Assembly (NCBI GenBank): GCA_017466685.1
Contig: JAFTTS010000140.1
Coordinates: 715 to 64,714, forward strand
DNA length: 64,000 bases
Source of the DNA: Clostridia bacterium
GTDB taxonomy: Bacteria; Bacillota; Clostridia; Oscillospirales; CAG-272
Direction: 5' to 3'
The notes below the pieces were generated by a model. The model had not been told where the DNA came from and searched no databases. It was given only the letters and a program-made list of their open reading frames with translations. The position numbers and the translations under genes are program-made. Of this stretch, positions 18,484-27,745 are shown piece by piece; the stretch's first letter is position 1; the number at the start of each line of letters is the position of its first letter.

Positions 18484-18939
18484 TTATTTGTTTTTCTTGA
18501 ACTGCGAATCGTAGTCGGCATTCGTATTCTTGCGGCTCTTTCTGATGCTTCCTATGATCAGTGCGATAATTGCGATAACGAAGTAAACAACCGTAAAGAT
18601 AAGTGCGCGCAGGAAGGTGCTTTCAACGGTCGAGTTATTTTCGAGCATGAATATAAAGAATACCGCAAAGGCTGCAAGTGAACCGATGAAGTGAAGCAGA
18701 AGCTTGATCGTTACCGAATATTTGATTTTCCAGATAAGGTTGAGGAAAGCCATTACGAAGGAATACGAAAAGATAATTCCGGTCAGCTTTGGGCTGAGAA
18801 GCATTTTTTCAGGCTGTGCGAAAGATTCATTTTGGCTTGCAATGGTAAATGCTATCATAAGCACAAATACGGCTATCGTAAAATAAAGACAGGCGTTATA
18901 GATTATGTTTTTAACTTCCTTGAGTATTTTTGTTTTCAT
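18484..18939 (-). CDS. small integral membrane protein (about 4 TM), function unknown
   Basis: 151 aa with four hydrophobic segments and a basic C-terminal tail. It is the last gene of the minus-strand set. Confidence 0.55.
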   Translation of the reverse strand: MKTKILKEVKNIIYNACLYFTIAVFVLMIAFTIASQNESFAQPEKMLLSPKLTGIIFSYSFVMAFLNLIWKIKYSVTIKLLLHFIGSLAAFAVFFIFMLENNSTVESTFLRALIFTVVYFVIAIIALIIGSIRKSRKNTNADYDSQFKKNK

Positions 18940-19183
18940 GCGAGAAAAGCATCCTTTCGATTTTGCGTGTGCATTTTTATGTTATTATAATAATACCACC
19001 AAAACGGAATTTTTTCAACAGTGTGCAAAGAATATTTATAAATGTGTCATCATTTGATAACATTTTTGGAAAGAAACGGCTTTTTACCCGTCACATGAAT
19101 ACACTGTATATACAATAAAATGCTGCAGTGATAAAAAAACAAAAAATATTATGGTTTTAAGCGGATAAATTTCCGTATAACGA

Positions 19184-19212
19184 TTGACTTTTTGCTCCGG
19201 AAAATGTATAAT
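19184..19212 (+). promoter_or_regulatory. sigma-A-type promoter (extended -10) of the nusB-recN gene string
   Basis: TTGACT (19184-19189), a 17-nt spacer, then TGTATAAT (TG at 19205-06, TATAAT at 19207-19212). Confidence 0.65.
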
Positions 19213-19285
19213 ATAATATGTATACTTATATTTATATGTATAAACATGAATATTAACCACCAAACATATACAAAAGAGGTCACTT

Positions 19286-19735
19286 ATGGAAGAAAACATC
19301 AAAGCACCGATAACCAGAACAGAGGCTCGTGAATACGTTTTTGCACTTCTTTTTGCAAGAGCGTTTGCACCCGATGAAGCCGCAGACGAATTTTATGCAC
19401 GCGAGATGGAAAACGCAGAGATCGAATTCGGCGATCAGATCGATTATGTCCACGACGTATTTTTCGGCATAACGGACACACTTTCGCAGATCGACGAAAA
19501 AATCGCTTCTGCCGCTTCGGGTTGGTCACTGGGCCGTCTTTCCAAGGCTTCGCTTGCAATTATGCGCCTTTCAACTTATGAAATGACGGCAGTTGATGAC
19601 GTGCCGAAGAAGGTTGCGCTTAACGAGGCAGTTGAGCTTGCAAAGAAGTTTGACGATGATAACGCTCCGTCATTTATAAACGGTGTGCTTAACACTATCG
19701 CACATTCTCTGCCCGAGCGTGAATGCGACAAATGA
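19286..19735 (+). CDS. nusB: transcription antitermination factor NusB
   Basis: 149 aa: TRTEAREYVFALLF...LAIMRLSTYEM...VPKKVALNEAVELAKKF...SFINGVLN, which is the NusB fold signature. The SD is AAGAGG. Confidence 0.9.
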   Translation: MEENIKAPITRTEAREYVFALLFARAFAPDEAADEFYAREMENAEIEFGDQIDYVHDVFFGITDTLSQIDEKIASAASGWSLGRLSKASLAIMRLSTYEMTAVDDVPKKVALNEAVELAKKFDDDNAPSFINGVLNTIAHSLPERECDK

Positions 19736-20694
19736 AACGCTTCTATATAGGCATCGACACCTCGAATTATACAACCTCCTGTGCGCTTTTTGAAGCCGAG
19801 GAGAGACGGTTTTATTCGAATGTCAAACAGCTTCTGACGGTCTCGGAGGGGGAGCGTGGACTCAGACAGAGTGATGCTGTGTTTGCTCACGTAAAGAATC
19901 TTCCGTCTGTTACAGCCGAGGCACTGGCTGAGCTTGATACTAAAGCTCTTGAGGCAATTGGCGTTTCGGCAACTCCACGTGATGAAGAAGGCTCGTATAT
20001 GCCCTGCTTTCTTTCGGGAGTTGCTTCGGCAGAGGTTCTTGCAAATACAGTTAAGAAACCGCTTCACCGTTTCTCACATCAGTCGGGACACGTTATGGCG
20101 GCACTCTGGTCGAGTAAGTCCCCCGATCTTTTGGGACGTGAATTTATTGCGTTTCATGTATCGGGAGGGACGACGGAGGTGCTTTCGGTCAAGCCCTGCG
20201 GTGTCGGTTTCACGATAGAAAAGCTCGGCGGTACTGCGGATCTCAATGCAGGTCAGGTGATCGACCGTGCAGGCGTTGCGATGGGACTTTCGTTCCCGTG
20301 CGGTCCGAAGCTTGAGGAGTTGGCATTTGGGAATACCGAGCCGCTTGCAAAATCGAAGCTTTCAGTCAAGGGCTGCGAATGTAACCTTTCGGGAGTTGAA
20401 AACAAGGTTTTGCAGATGCTCCGTGAGGGAAAGAGCCGCGAGTTCATTTCGGCTTACGTGCTTGACTTTGTCGGACGGACGATCATTGAGCTTACAAAAA
20501 ATGCGCTTGACGGACGTGAGCTGCCCGTTCTCTATGCAGGCGGCGTTATGAGCAACACACAGATCAAGGATATGATTAAAAAACACGGCTTTGATGCAAG
20601 GTTTGCCGAGCCGAGGTTTTCAAGCGACAATGCCGCGGGATGTGCGCTTCTTTGTGCAGCGGCAGAGGAAGGATGGGAGTTTTGGACGAAATAA
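19732..20694 (+). CDS. Kae1/TsaD-like (peptidase M22/glycoprotease family) ASKHA-fold protein
   Basis: GIDTSNYTTS phosphate-1-like motif, an H-x-x-x-H (SHQSGH), FHVSGGTTE and GGVMSN. It overlaps the nusB stop. The start could be ATG 19723 or 19732. Confidence 0.6.
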   Translation: MKRFYIGIDTSNYTTSCALFEAEERRFYSNVKQLLTVSEGERGLRQSDAVFAHVKNLPSVTAEALAELDTKALEAIGVSATPRDEEGSYMPCFLSGVASAEVLANTVKKPLHRFSHQSGHVMAALWSSKSPDLLGREFIAFHVSGGTTEVLSVKPCGVGFTIEKLGGTADLNAGQVIDRAGVAMGLSFPCGPKLEELAFGNTEPLAKSKLSVKGCECNLSGVENKVLQMLREGKSREFISAYVLDFVGRTIIELTKNALDGRELPVLYAGGVMSNTQIKDMIKKHGFDARFAEPRFSSDNAAGCALLCAAAEEGWEFWTK

Positions 20695-21944
20695 TCAGGC
20701 AGACGGACACTCCCATGATGGGAAACACAGAAAATGACACCGTGATGACGGTTGCACAGCTTAATGCTTATATCAAGGGGCTTATCGATTCGGATAGGCT
20801 TCTCACAAATGTCACGATCAAGGGTGAGATCTCGAATTTTACAAATCACAGAACGGGACATTTTTATTTCACGATAAAGGATCCCGAAAGTCTTATTCGT
20901 GCGGTTATGTTCAAGGGTGCAGCGTCGAAGTTAAGATTTCTGCCCGAGAACGGTATGAAGGTTATCGCGAGAGGACGTGTTTCGGCGTTCGTTCGTGACG
21001 GACAGTATCAGATATACGTTGAGGAGCTGCAGCCGGACGGAATCGGAAGCCTTTACATCGCCTTTGAACAGTTAAAACGAAAGCTCGAAGCGGAGGGACT
21101 TTTCTCACCTGCAAGAAAGAGACCGCTTCCCAAAATACCGACGCGTATCGGCATAATCACCTCTCCGACAGGTGCGGCTGTGCGCGATATGATAAACATA
21201 ACAAAACGCCGTTTCCCGTATGCGACGTTGACGCTTTATCCCTCGCTCGTTCAGGGCCCGGATGCACCGGCACAGCTTATCGGCGGTATAAATTATTTCG
21301 GTGCGGCAAGAAATGTTGACGTTATAATCATCGGACGCGGTGGAGGCTCGATTGAGGATCTCTGGGCGTTCAACGACGAAATGCTTGCACGTGCTGTTGC
21401 GGCTTGTCCGATTCCCGTTATAAGCGCGGTCGGACACGAAACGGATTTCACGATATGTGACTTTGCGGCAGATGTCCGTGCTCCCACACCCTCTGCGGCG
21501 GCGGAGCTTGCTGTACCCGATACGCTTGAGCTTATGCGTAAGGTTAACAACATCGTCGGTCACATGGAGCTCGCCTTGACAAAACGGATATCGACGGGAC
21601 GTAATTCACTCGCGACACTCGCAAAAAGTCGTGCGCTGACCTCTCCCAAGAATTTCATTGACGACAAACGCATGGCAGTTCTTTCGCTTTCAAACAGCCT
21701 TGAGAGAGAAATGAAGCTCTCACTGACTGCAAAGCGCGGCAGATTCGCTTCACTTACGGCTTCTCTTGAGGCACTTAACCCGATGTCGGTCATCTCGCGC
21801 GGATATTCGGCGGTGTTCGATAACTCGGGCAAGCTTATCAAGAGCGTCAGACAGATCGAAAAAGGACAAAGGTTCACATTCCGTACAACCGATGGCAGTG
21901 TCGTCGGTGAGGCTGTGGATATAGTTCCCGAAACTGAAACTTAA
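20673..21944 (+). CDS. xseA: exodeoxyribonuclease VII large subunit
   Basis: N-terminal OB fold (VTIKGEISNFTNHRTGHFYFTIKD), then IGIITSPTGAAVRD and RGGGSIEDLWAFN. The start is chosen at the ATG with GAGGAAGG upstream; the track ORF begins at 20640. Confidence 0.9.
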   Translation: MGVLDEIIRQTDTPMMGNTENDTVMTVAQLNAYIKGLIDSDRLLTNVTIKGEISNFTNHRTGHFYFTIKDPESLIRAVMFKGAASKLRFLPENGMKVIARGRVSAFVRDGQYQIYVEELQPDGIGSLYIAFEQLKRKLEAEGLFSPARKRPLPKIPTRIGIITSPTGAAVRDMINITKRRFPYATLTLYPSLVQGPDAPAQLIGGINYFGAARNVDVIIIGRGGGSIEDLWAFNDEMLARAVAACPIPVISAVGHETDFTICDFAADVRAPTPSAAAELAVPDTLELMRKVNNIVGHMELALTKRISTGRNSLATLAKSRALTSPKNFIDDKRMAVLSLSNSLEREMKLSLTAKRGRFASLTASLEALNPMSVISRGYSAVFDNSGKLIKSVRQIEKGQRFTFRTTDGSVVGEAVDIVPETET

Positions 21945-21959
21945 TGTGAGGTAACAATA

Positions 21960-22199
21960 ATGGAAAACAATAACGATATCGCATTTGAAACAGCACTTGC
22001 GCGTCTTGAGGAGATCGTGCGTGCGCTTGACGGCGGTGCGGCACCGCTTGATGAATCGCTTGCACTCTTTGAGGAGGGTGTTAAGCTTGTAAAGCTCTGC
22101 TCGGGTAAGCTCGATGCGGCAGAGCAGAAGGTCAAGATCCTCGTTCGCGGCGAGAACGGTGACGCAGAGGAGCGCGATTTTGCTCCGGGACAGGAATAA
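21960..22199 (+). CDS. xseB: exodeoxyribonuclease VII small subunit
   Basis: 79 aa: FETALARLEEIVRALDGG...LDESLALFEEGVKLVKLCSGKLDAAEQKV, the XseB pattern. Confidence 0.9.
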   Translation: MENNNDIAFETALARLEEIVRALDGGAAPLDESLALFEEGVKLVKLCSGKLDAAEQKVKILVRGENGDAEERDFAPGQE

Positions 22200-23110
22200 T
22201 GATGAATACTGATATTGAAAAGCTTTTAGAGCTCGGTGCTGCGGCAGTTGAGGCTGAGCTCGCAGGATATGCCGCAGGTGACGATGAAAAATTCGGTGTC
22301 ATTTACGATGCCGTACGATACAGTCTGCTCGGCGGCGGAAAGAGACTGAGACCTTTTATTGTTCTGCAGTTTGCTCTGCTTGCCGCAAGTGAGAGCGGTG
22401 AGGACGGTCAGCGTGCATTCGAGAGGGCACTTCCGTATGCCTGTGCGCTTGAAATGATACACACATATTCGCTTATACATGATGACTTACCTTGCATGGA
22501 CAACGATGAGCTTCGCCGCGGTAAACCGACAAGTCACGTAAAGTTCGGCGAGGCTAATGCACTTCTTGCAGGTGATGCGCTTCTGACACGTTCGTTCGGA
22601 GTTGCGGCAGGTAACAGACTGGCGAGCGGCGAGGTCAACTGTCTGGCAGTTTCGCTTCTTTCCGAATGTGCGGGCATTGGCGGCATGATCGGCGGTCAGG
22701 TGCTCGATCTTATAGGCGAAAGTGAAAAATTCGATATGGAAACGCTTGAGCGGCTTCAGGCTCTCAAAACGGGTGAGCTGATTCGTTGTGCGGCACTTTT
22801 AGGATGCTTTGCCGGCGGTGCTTCATCCTCTCTTTGTGAGGCGGCAGAAAAATATGCGCTCGGTGTCGGCAGGGCGTTCCAGGTTGTTGACGATATTCTG
22901 GATGCCGTCGGCGACGAGGCACTTCTCGGCAAACCGATCGGAAGCGATAAGGAAAGCGGTAAGACGACCTTCCTTTCGTTTATGAGTATTCCCGAGGCTC
23001 GTGACTATGCATCAAAGCTTACCGATGATGCCATAACGGCGCTTGACAAATTCCCGGGGGCTGAAACGCTTTGCGAGCTTGCAAGGTATCTGCTTACCAG
23101 AATAAAATAA
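22199..23110 (+). CDS. ispA: (2E,6E)-farnesyl diphosphate synthase-type polyprenyl synthetase
   Basis: First DDxxD-type motif LIHDDLPCMDNDELRRGKPT and second FQVVDDILD. It occupies the canonical position after xseB. Confidence 0.85.
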   Translation: MMNTDIEKLLELGAAAVEAELAGYAAGDDEKFGVIYDAVRYSLLGGGKRLRPFIVLQFALLAASESGEDGQRAFERALPYACALEMIHTYSLIHDDLPCMDNDELRRGKPTSHVKFGEANALLAGDALLTRSFGVAAGNRLASGEVNCLAVSLLSECAGIGGMIGGQVLDLIGESEKFDMETLERLQALKTGELIRCAALLGCFAGGASSSLCEAAEKYALGVGRAFQVVDDILDAVGDEALLGKPIGSDKESGKTTFLSFMSIPEARDYASKLTDDAITALDKFPGAETLCELARYLLTRIK

Positions 23111-23123
23111 GAAAGGCGATCAA

Positions 23124-23576
23124 ATGGAGTTTTTAACAGGGATTTTTACCAACTATATTCTTGTTTGTGCGGTTGCGGGCTGGTTCAGTGCACAGCTCAT
23201 AAAGTGTGTGCGTTACATTCTTAAAAACCACAGATTCGATTTTATGATCATAATGTCGTCGGGCGGTATGCCGAGCTCACATTCGGCAACAGTCAGTGCG
23301 ATGGTCATTGCGACGGCACGTGCCTGCGGAACCGATACTGTCGAATTTGCATTGGCGGCTGTACTTGCCTTCATCGTTATGTATGATGCGGCAGGAGTCA
23401 GACGTGCGGCAGGTGAGCAGGCTAAGGTTTTAAACCGTATCGCTCACGATATTTCCGAGGGTGACACACAGTATCTTGACAAGAATCTGAAGGAGTTTAT
23501 CGGTCATACGCCGCTTCAGGTGCTTGTCGGCGGACTTCTCGGTATCTTTATTCCCATTCTGATACCCGTTTTCTGA
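23124..23576 (+). CDS. divergent PAP2-family membrane protein (DUF212 type)
   Basis: 150 aa with SGGMPSSHSATVSAM and YDAAGVRR motifs. Confidence 0.75.
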   Translation: MEFLTGIFTNYILVCAVAGWFSAQLIKCVRYILKNHRFDFMIIMSSGGMPSSHSATVSAMVIATARACGTDTVEFALAAVLAFIVMYDAAGVRRAAGEQAKVLNRIAHDISEGDTQYLDKNLKEFIGHTPLQVLVGGLLGIFIPILIPVF

Positions 23577-23577
23577 T

Positions 23578-24345
23578 ATGCGTATCGATAAGCTTTTATT
23601 CTCGCGCGGACTTGCAAAAAGCCGTGAGTCTGCACAACGTATGATACGCGACGGAAATGTTTTGGTTGACGGTAAAATAATAACAAAGCCGTCATTTGAA
23701 GCGGCAGAGGAATGTGACATAACTCTTGTCGGAGAAACGCTTAAATATGTCAGCCGCGGCGGACTCAAGCTCGAGCGTGCACTGGATGCGTTTGCGATAG
23801 ATGTAAACGGTCTTGACTGCGTTGACATCGGTGCTTCCACGGGCGGCTTCACGGATTGCCTTCTTAAACGCGGTGCATCCCATGTCCGTGCAGTTGATGT
23901 CGGACGCTCACAGCTTGATAAAACGCTTGAGAGGGACGAGCGTGTAACCTCGTTTGAGGGTGTTAATGCCAGATACTTAAAGCCGGAGGATATCGGTGGC
24001 TTATGCGATATGGCAGTGTGTGACGTTTCGTTCATCTCACTGACGCTTATAATGCCTGCGGTTTCAGAGCTTCTCTCGGAAAAGGGATGCTTTGTGGCAC
24101 TTATCAAGCCGCAGTTTGAGGCAGGACGGGCAAATATCGGCAAAAACGGTATCGTTAAAGACAGAAATATACATGCCGAGGTTATTGAGAGGGTGATCGA
24201 TGCGGCAGCGGAGTGCGGACTTCACTGCTTTGCACTCACTGCGTCTCCGATACTCGGCGGCGACGGTAACCGCGAATATTTAGCGGCGTTTGACCGCACG
24301 GGCGGACTTGACCGTACGCTTATTAAGAAGGTCGCGTTTGAATGA
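23578..24345 (+). CDS. tlyA: TlyA-family rRNA (cytidine-2'-O)-methyltransferase
   Basis: N-terminal S4-like domain (RIDKLLFSRGLAKSRESAQRMI), the YVSRGGLKLE motif, and the SAM motif DIGASTGGFTD. Confidence 0.85.
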   Translation: MRIDKLLFSRGLAKSRESAQRMIRDGNVLVDGKIITKPSFEAAEECDITLVGETLKYVSRGGLKLERALDAFAIDVNGLDCVDIGASTGGFTDCLLKRGASHVRAVDVGRSQLDKTLERDERVTSFEGVNARYLKPEDIGGLCDMAVCDVSFISLTLIMPAVSELLSEKGCFVALIKPQFEAGRANIGKNGIVKDRNIHAEVIERVIDAAAECGLHCFALTASPILGGDGNREYLAAFDRTGGLDRTLIKKVAFE

Positions 24346-25229
24346 TCTGCCATAGGATGGTGATTGATTTGAAGACAATCGGGATATGCCCGAGCAGAAC
24401 AAATGATATAGATTTTCTCGGAACATCGAGGGTTATCGAACAGCTTTACGATAAGGCAATACTGATACTTCCCGAATCGCTTGAGAATGCGGTCGTTTCG
24501 GCTATGGGTGACTATGTGCGTGAGCGTGTACGCTTTGTCTCTGAGGATGAGCTTTATACGGCTCCGGATGTGCTCATCGTCCTCGGCGGCGACGGTTCGA
24601 TACTCAAGGCAGCAAGAAGATGTGCCGGAGGTGACGCCGCTATTCTCGGAATAAACCTTGGGCGGATCGGTTATATGGCGGAGCTTGAAATTGACGAGCT
24701 TTCACTGCTTGACCGTATCGCCGAGGGTGATTACAGGGTTGAAAAGCGTATGATGCTTGAAGCTACCATCGGCGGCGAACGTTTGTATGCGCTCAATGAG
24801 GCGGTTCTCGGCGGCGCATCGATCTTCCGTATTGTTGAGATAGAGCTTTACTGCGACGGCAATTTAGTCAACCGTTACCGTGCGGACGGACTCATCGCTT
24901 CAACGCCGACCGGTTCAACGGCATATTCGATGTCTGCAGGCGGTGCTGTTGTTGATCCGCGTATGGATGCGATGATAGTTACGCCGATCTGTTCACATTC
25001 GCTGAGTGCAACGCCGCTTGTTTTTTCGGCGGAGTCGGAGCTTATTATGGAGAATGTCACAGAGCGTGAGGAACAGCTTTATCTGAATGTTGACGGCTGT
25101 GAAATGCGTACGCTCGCATACGGTGAGACCGTGACACTGCGAAAGGGCGACAAGAACGTTAATTTTATAAGGCTTAAGGATGGCGGCTTCTACCAGGTGC
25201 TTCGCCACAAAATGGCTGATAAACACTGA
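24342..25229 (+). CDS. nadK: NAD kinase
   Basis: GGDGSIL motif, NLGRIGYM, and ASTPTGSTAYSMSAGG. It overlaps the tlyA stop by 4 nt. The true start may be a few codons downstream. Confidence 0.9.
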   Translation: MICHRMVIDLKTIGICPSRTNDIDFLGTSRVIEQLYDKAILILPESLENAVVSAMGDYVRERVRFVSEDELYTAPDVLIVLGGDGSILKAARRCAGGDAAILGINLGRIGYMAELEIDELSLLDRIAEGDYRVEKRMMLEATIGGERLYALNEAVLGGASIFRIVEIELYCDGNLVNRYRADGLIASTPTGSTAYSMSAGGAVVDPRMDAMIVTPICSHSLSATPLVFSAESELIMENVTEREEQLYLNVDGCEMRTLAYGETVTLRKGDKNVNFIRLKDGGFYQVLRHKMADKH

Positions 25230-25246
25230 AAATGTGAGGCAATAAA

Positions 25247-25708
25247 ATGAAATATGATCGTCAATCTGAAATAATATCGCTTATCGGCGAGAGGGAAATA
25301 GAAACCCAGGAGGAGCTTCTTGAAGGGCTTCGCGAAAAGGGATACATGGTCACGCAGGCGACGATTTCGCGTGATATACGAGAACTCAAGCTTGTGAAGG
25401 TTTCCGCTGGAGCAGGCGGACGTTACAAATATGCTACGGCGCACCGTGAGGAAAACACGATCAGCAAAAAATACCGTAATCTCCTTATTGAAACGGTTGA
25501 AAAGATCGACCGTGCGAACAATATCACGGTGGTTAAAACGATTGTCGGTATGGCATCGGGAGCTGCGGCGGCTATTGATTCAATGGGACGTGACGATCTT
25601 GTCGGAAGCGTTGCGGGGGATGACACGATAATTATTGTTATGAGAACAAACGAGGCGGCGCAGTCTTTGGTTGATGACCTTAATGAGATAATAAGCACAA
25701 AAAGATAA
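25247..25708 (+). CDS. argR: arginine repressor
   Basis: 153 aa: RQSEIISLI...TQEELLEGLREKGYMVTQATISRDIRELKLVK, plus a C-terminal GTIAGDDTI-like motif (GSVAGDDTIIIV). Confidence 0.9.
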   Translation: MKYDRQSEIISLIGEREIETQEELLEGLREKGYMVTQATISRDIRELKLVKVSAGAGGRYKYATAHREENTISKKYRNLLIETVEKIDRANNITVVKTIVGMASGAAAAIDSMGRDDLVGSVAGDDTIIIVMRTNEAAQSLVDDLNEIISTKR

Positions 25709-25736
25709 ATCTTACAAAAGAGGGGAGGGATGACGT

Positions 25737-27440
25737 TTGCTTTCTTCACTTCACATTGAAAATATTGCCGTTATTAAATCGGCTGATATAGATTTTAATG
25801 GCGGTTTTACGGTTCTGACCGGTGAAACGGGTGCAGGTAAATCGATAATTATTGACAGTCTCGGTCTTATCTGCGGCGCAAAGCAGTCCCGGGAGCTGAT
25901 ACGAAACGGTGAGGACTCGGCAAAGGTGTCCGCTGTGTTCACGGAGCTTGGTGAGCAGTCACAAAAGGCACTTTCGGAGCTTGGTATCAGTGCAGACGAG
26001 GACGGAGTTCTCATGTTTGAGCGCACTATAACGACGCAGGGCAAATCGACATCCCGTATAAATGGCAGGGTGATACCGTTATCACTCCAGCGTGAGGCGA
26101 TGAAGAGTCTCATTGCGATACACGGTCAGCACGATAATATGGCACTGCTCATTCCCGAGAACCATATGACGTACCTTGACGAATTTGCGGATATCGGTGC
26201 AGAGCTTGAGCAGTATACGGAAAGCTACGACAAATACTGCGAGCTGAACAGACGTATTTCCGACATTACAAAAAACGAACGTGAAAAGGCACAGAAGCTT
26301 GAGTTCCTGCGTTATCAGATCGGTGAGATCGAGGCGGTGAAGCTCAAGGAGGGCGAAGAAGAAAAGCTGCTTGCAAGGCGGAGTAAGCTCGAAAACAGCG
26401 AAAAGATCGCCCAGCTTTCGGATATGGTGTATTCATTACTTTACCGAAACGAAAAGAGTACGGCGGCGCTTGACAAGGTGAACCGTGCGTCACGTGCACT
26501 TGAGACGCTTTCACCCGTGCTTGACGATGCCGACTCGCTTATATCGCGGCTTGATGCGGTTTCTGGTGAGCTTGAGGATATCGCGCTGACGGTGGATGCG
26601 CTTCGTGATGATGAGATAGTCGATCCCACGGCAGAGCTTGATAAAGTTGAAACCAGGCTTGAGGAGATCTCAAAGCTTGAGCGAAAGTACGGAGACACGG
26701 TGGAGGATGTTTTAAAATTCCTTGCATCGGCAAAGGAAGAGCTTGAAACGATCGAGCTTTCGGAGGAACGTCTCGCCGAGCTTACGCACGAACGGGAAAA
26801 GCTTATTTCGGTCATGGATAAACAGGCGGCGGTTCTGTCCGAGCGCAGAAAAGCTTCGGCGAAGATGCTTGAAAAAATGATCGTTGACGAGCTTTCATAC
26901 CTTGATATGGGCGGTGTCAGCTTCTCATGCGGAGTTGTCACACGTCATCGAGTCGAGGGTGACGGAGGTGTACATTACGCCAAACGCGGCGTTGACGATG
27001 TGGAATTTTTAATATCAACAAACAAGGGCGAACCACTGAAGCCGCTTGCAAAAATCGCATCGGGCGGTGAGCTTTCACGAATCATGCTTGCGATAAAGAG
27101 CGTGCTTGTTAAAGCGGAATCGCCGGGTACGCTGATATTCGACGAGGTTGACACCGGTGTTTCGGGCAAGACCTCGCAAAAGATCGGTATAAAGCTGCGT
27201 GAGCTTGCCAAAGCGGCTGGAACTCAGGTGTTCTGTGTAACCCATGCGGCACAGATCGCCTCCCGTGCAGAGAATCATTACCTCATTGCCAAAAGCGAGT
27301 CGGGCGGCAGAGTTTCAACCTCGGTCACACCGCTTGACCGTGACGGACGTATCAATGAGGTCGCACGCATCATGGGCGGTATCAACATAACCGACACCCT
27401 TATTGAAACCGCACGTGAAATGATTGATGAGGTTATATGA
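25737..27440 (+). CDS. recN: DNA repair protein RecN
   Basis: TTG start preceded by GAGGGGAGGG. Walker A GETGAGKS, long coiled-coil middle, C-terminal ASGGELSRIMLA and LIFDEVDTG. Confidence 0.95.
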   Translation: MLSSLHIENIAVIKSADIDFNGGFTVLTGETGAGKSIIIDSLGLICGAKQSRELIRNGEDSAKVSAVFTELGEQSQKALSELGISADEDGVLMFERTITTQGKSTSRINGRVIPLSLQREAMKSLIAIHGQHDNMALLIPENHMTYLDEFADIGAELEQYTESYDKYCELNRRISDITKNEREKAQKLEFLRYQIGEIEAVKLKEGEEEKLLARRSKLENSEKIAQLSDMVYSLLYRNEKSTAALDKVNRASRALETLSPVLDDADSLISRLDAVSGELEDIALTVDALRDDEIVDPTAELDKVETRLEEISKLERKYGDTVEDVLKFLASAKEELETIELSEERLAELTHEREKLISVMDKQAAVLSERRKASAKMLEKMIVDELSYLDMGGVSFSCGVVTRHRVEGDGGVHYAKRGVDDVEFLISTNKGEPLKPLAKIASGGELSRIMLAIKSVLVKAESPGTLIFDEVDTGVSGKTSQKIGIKLRELAKAAGTQVFCVTHAAQIASRAENHYLIAKSESGGRVSTSVTPLDRDGRINEVARIMGGINITDTLIETAREMIDEVI

Positions 27441-27745
27441 GTGGTGGGCGTTAGCTGTAGAGAACCCTCTCCGACTCGCTGCGCATAGATGCTTGCATCT
27501 GTTACACCTTTCTCCCGGAGTGAGAGGCTAAAAGTAACACTTTGTGCAGTAAAACGAAAAAAGGTGAATCTGATGCCGGCGAAGCTGGCAGGACAAACGG
27601 TTACAGATGACAAAGCGAATTGTGAGCCTGCGAACTGAGCGCGAATCGAGCGCGGCAAAGGAAAGAGGGAGAGCGCGAGAGGGAAGAAAAACATCGCGCA
27701 GCGTTGGTTGTCGTCCCTCTCGTAAGATACGATAATCGAAGTGAA
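27441..27745. repeat. locus B of the interspersed structured repeat family (recN-tyrS spacer)
   Basis: 27575-27745 aligns almost base for base with 13345-13515 of locus A (for example ACGGTTACAG.TGACAAAGCGAATTGTGAGC and GGCAAAGGAAAGAGGGAGAGC.CGAGAGGGAAGAAAAACATCGCGCAGCGTTGGTTGTCGTCCCTCTCG). 27465-27540 is the reverse complement of the GCCTCGCCC..CGGGAGAGG..GAGTCGGAGAGGG module seen at 40.4 and 47.4/47.7 kb. Confidence 0.85.
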
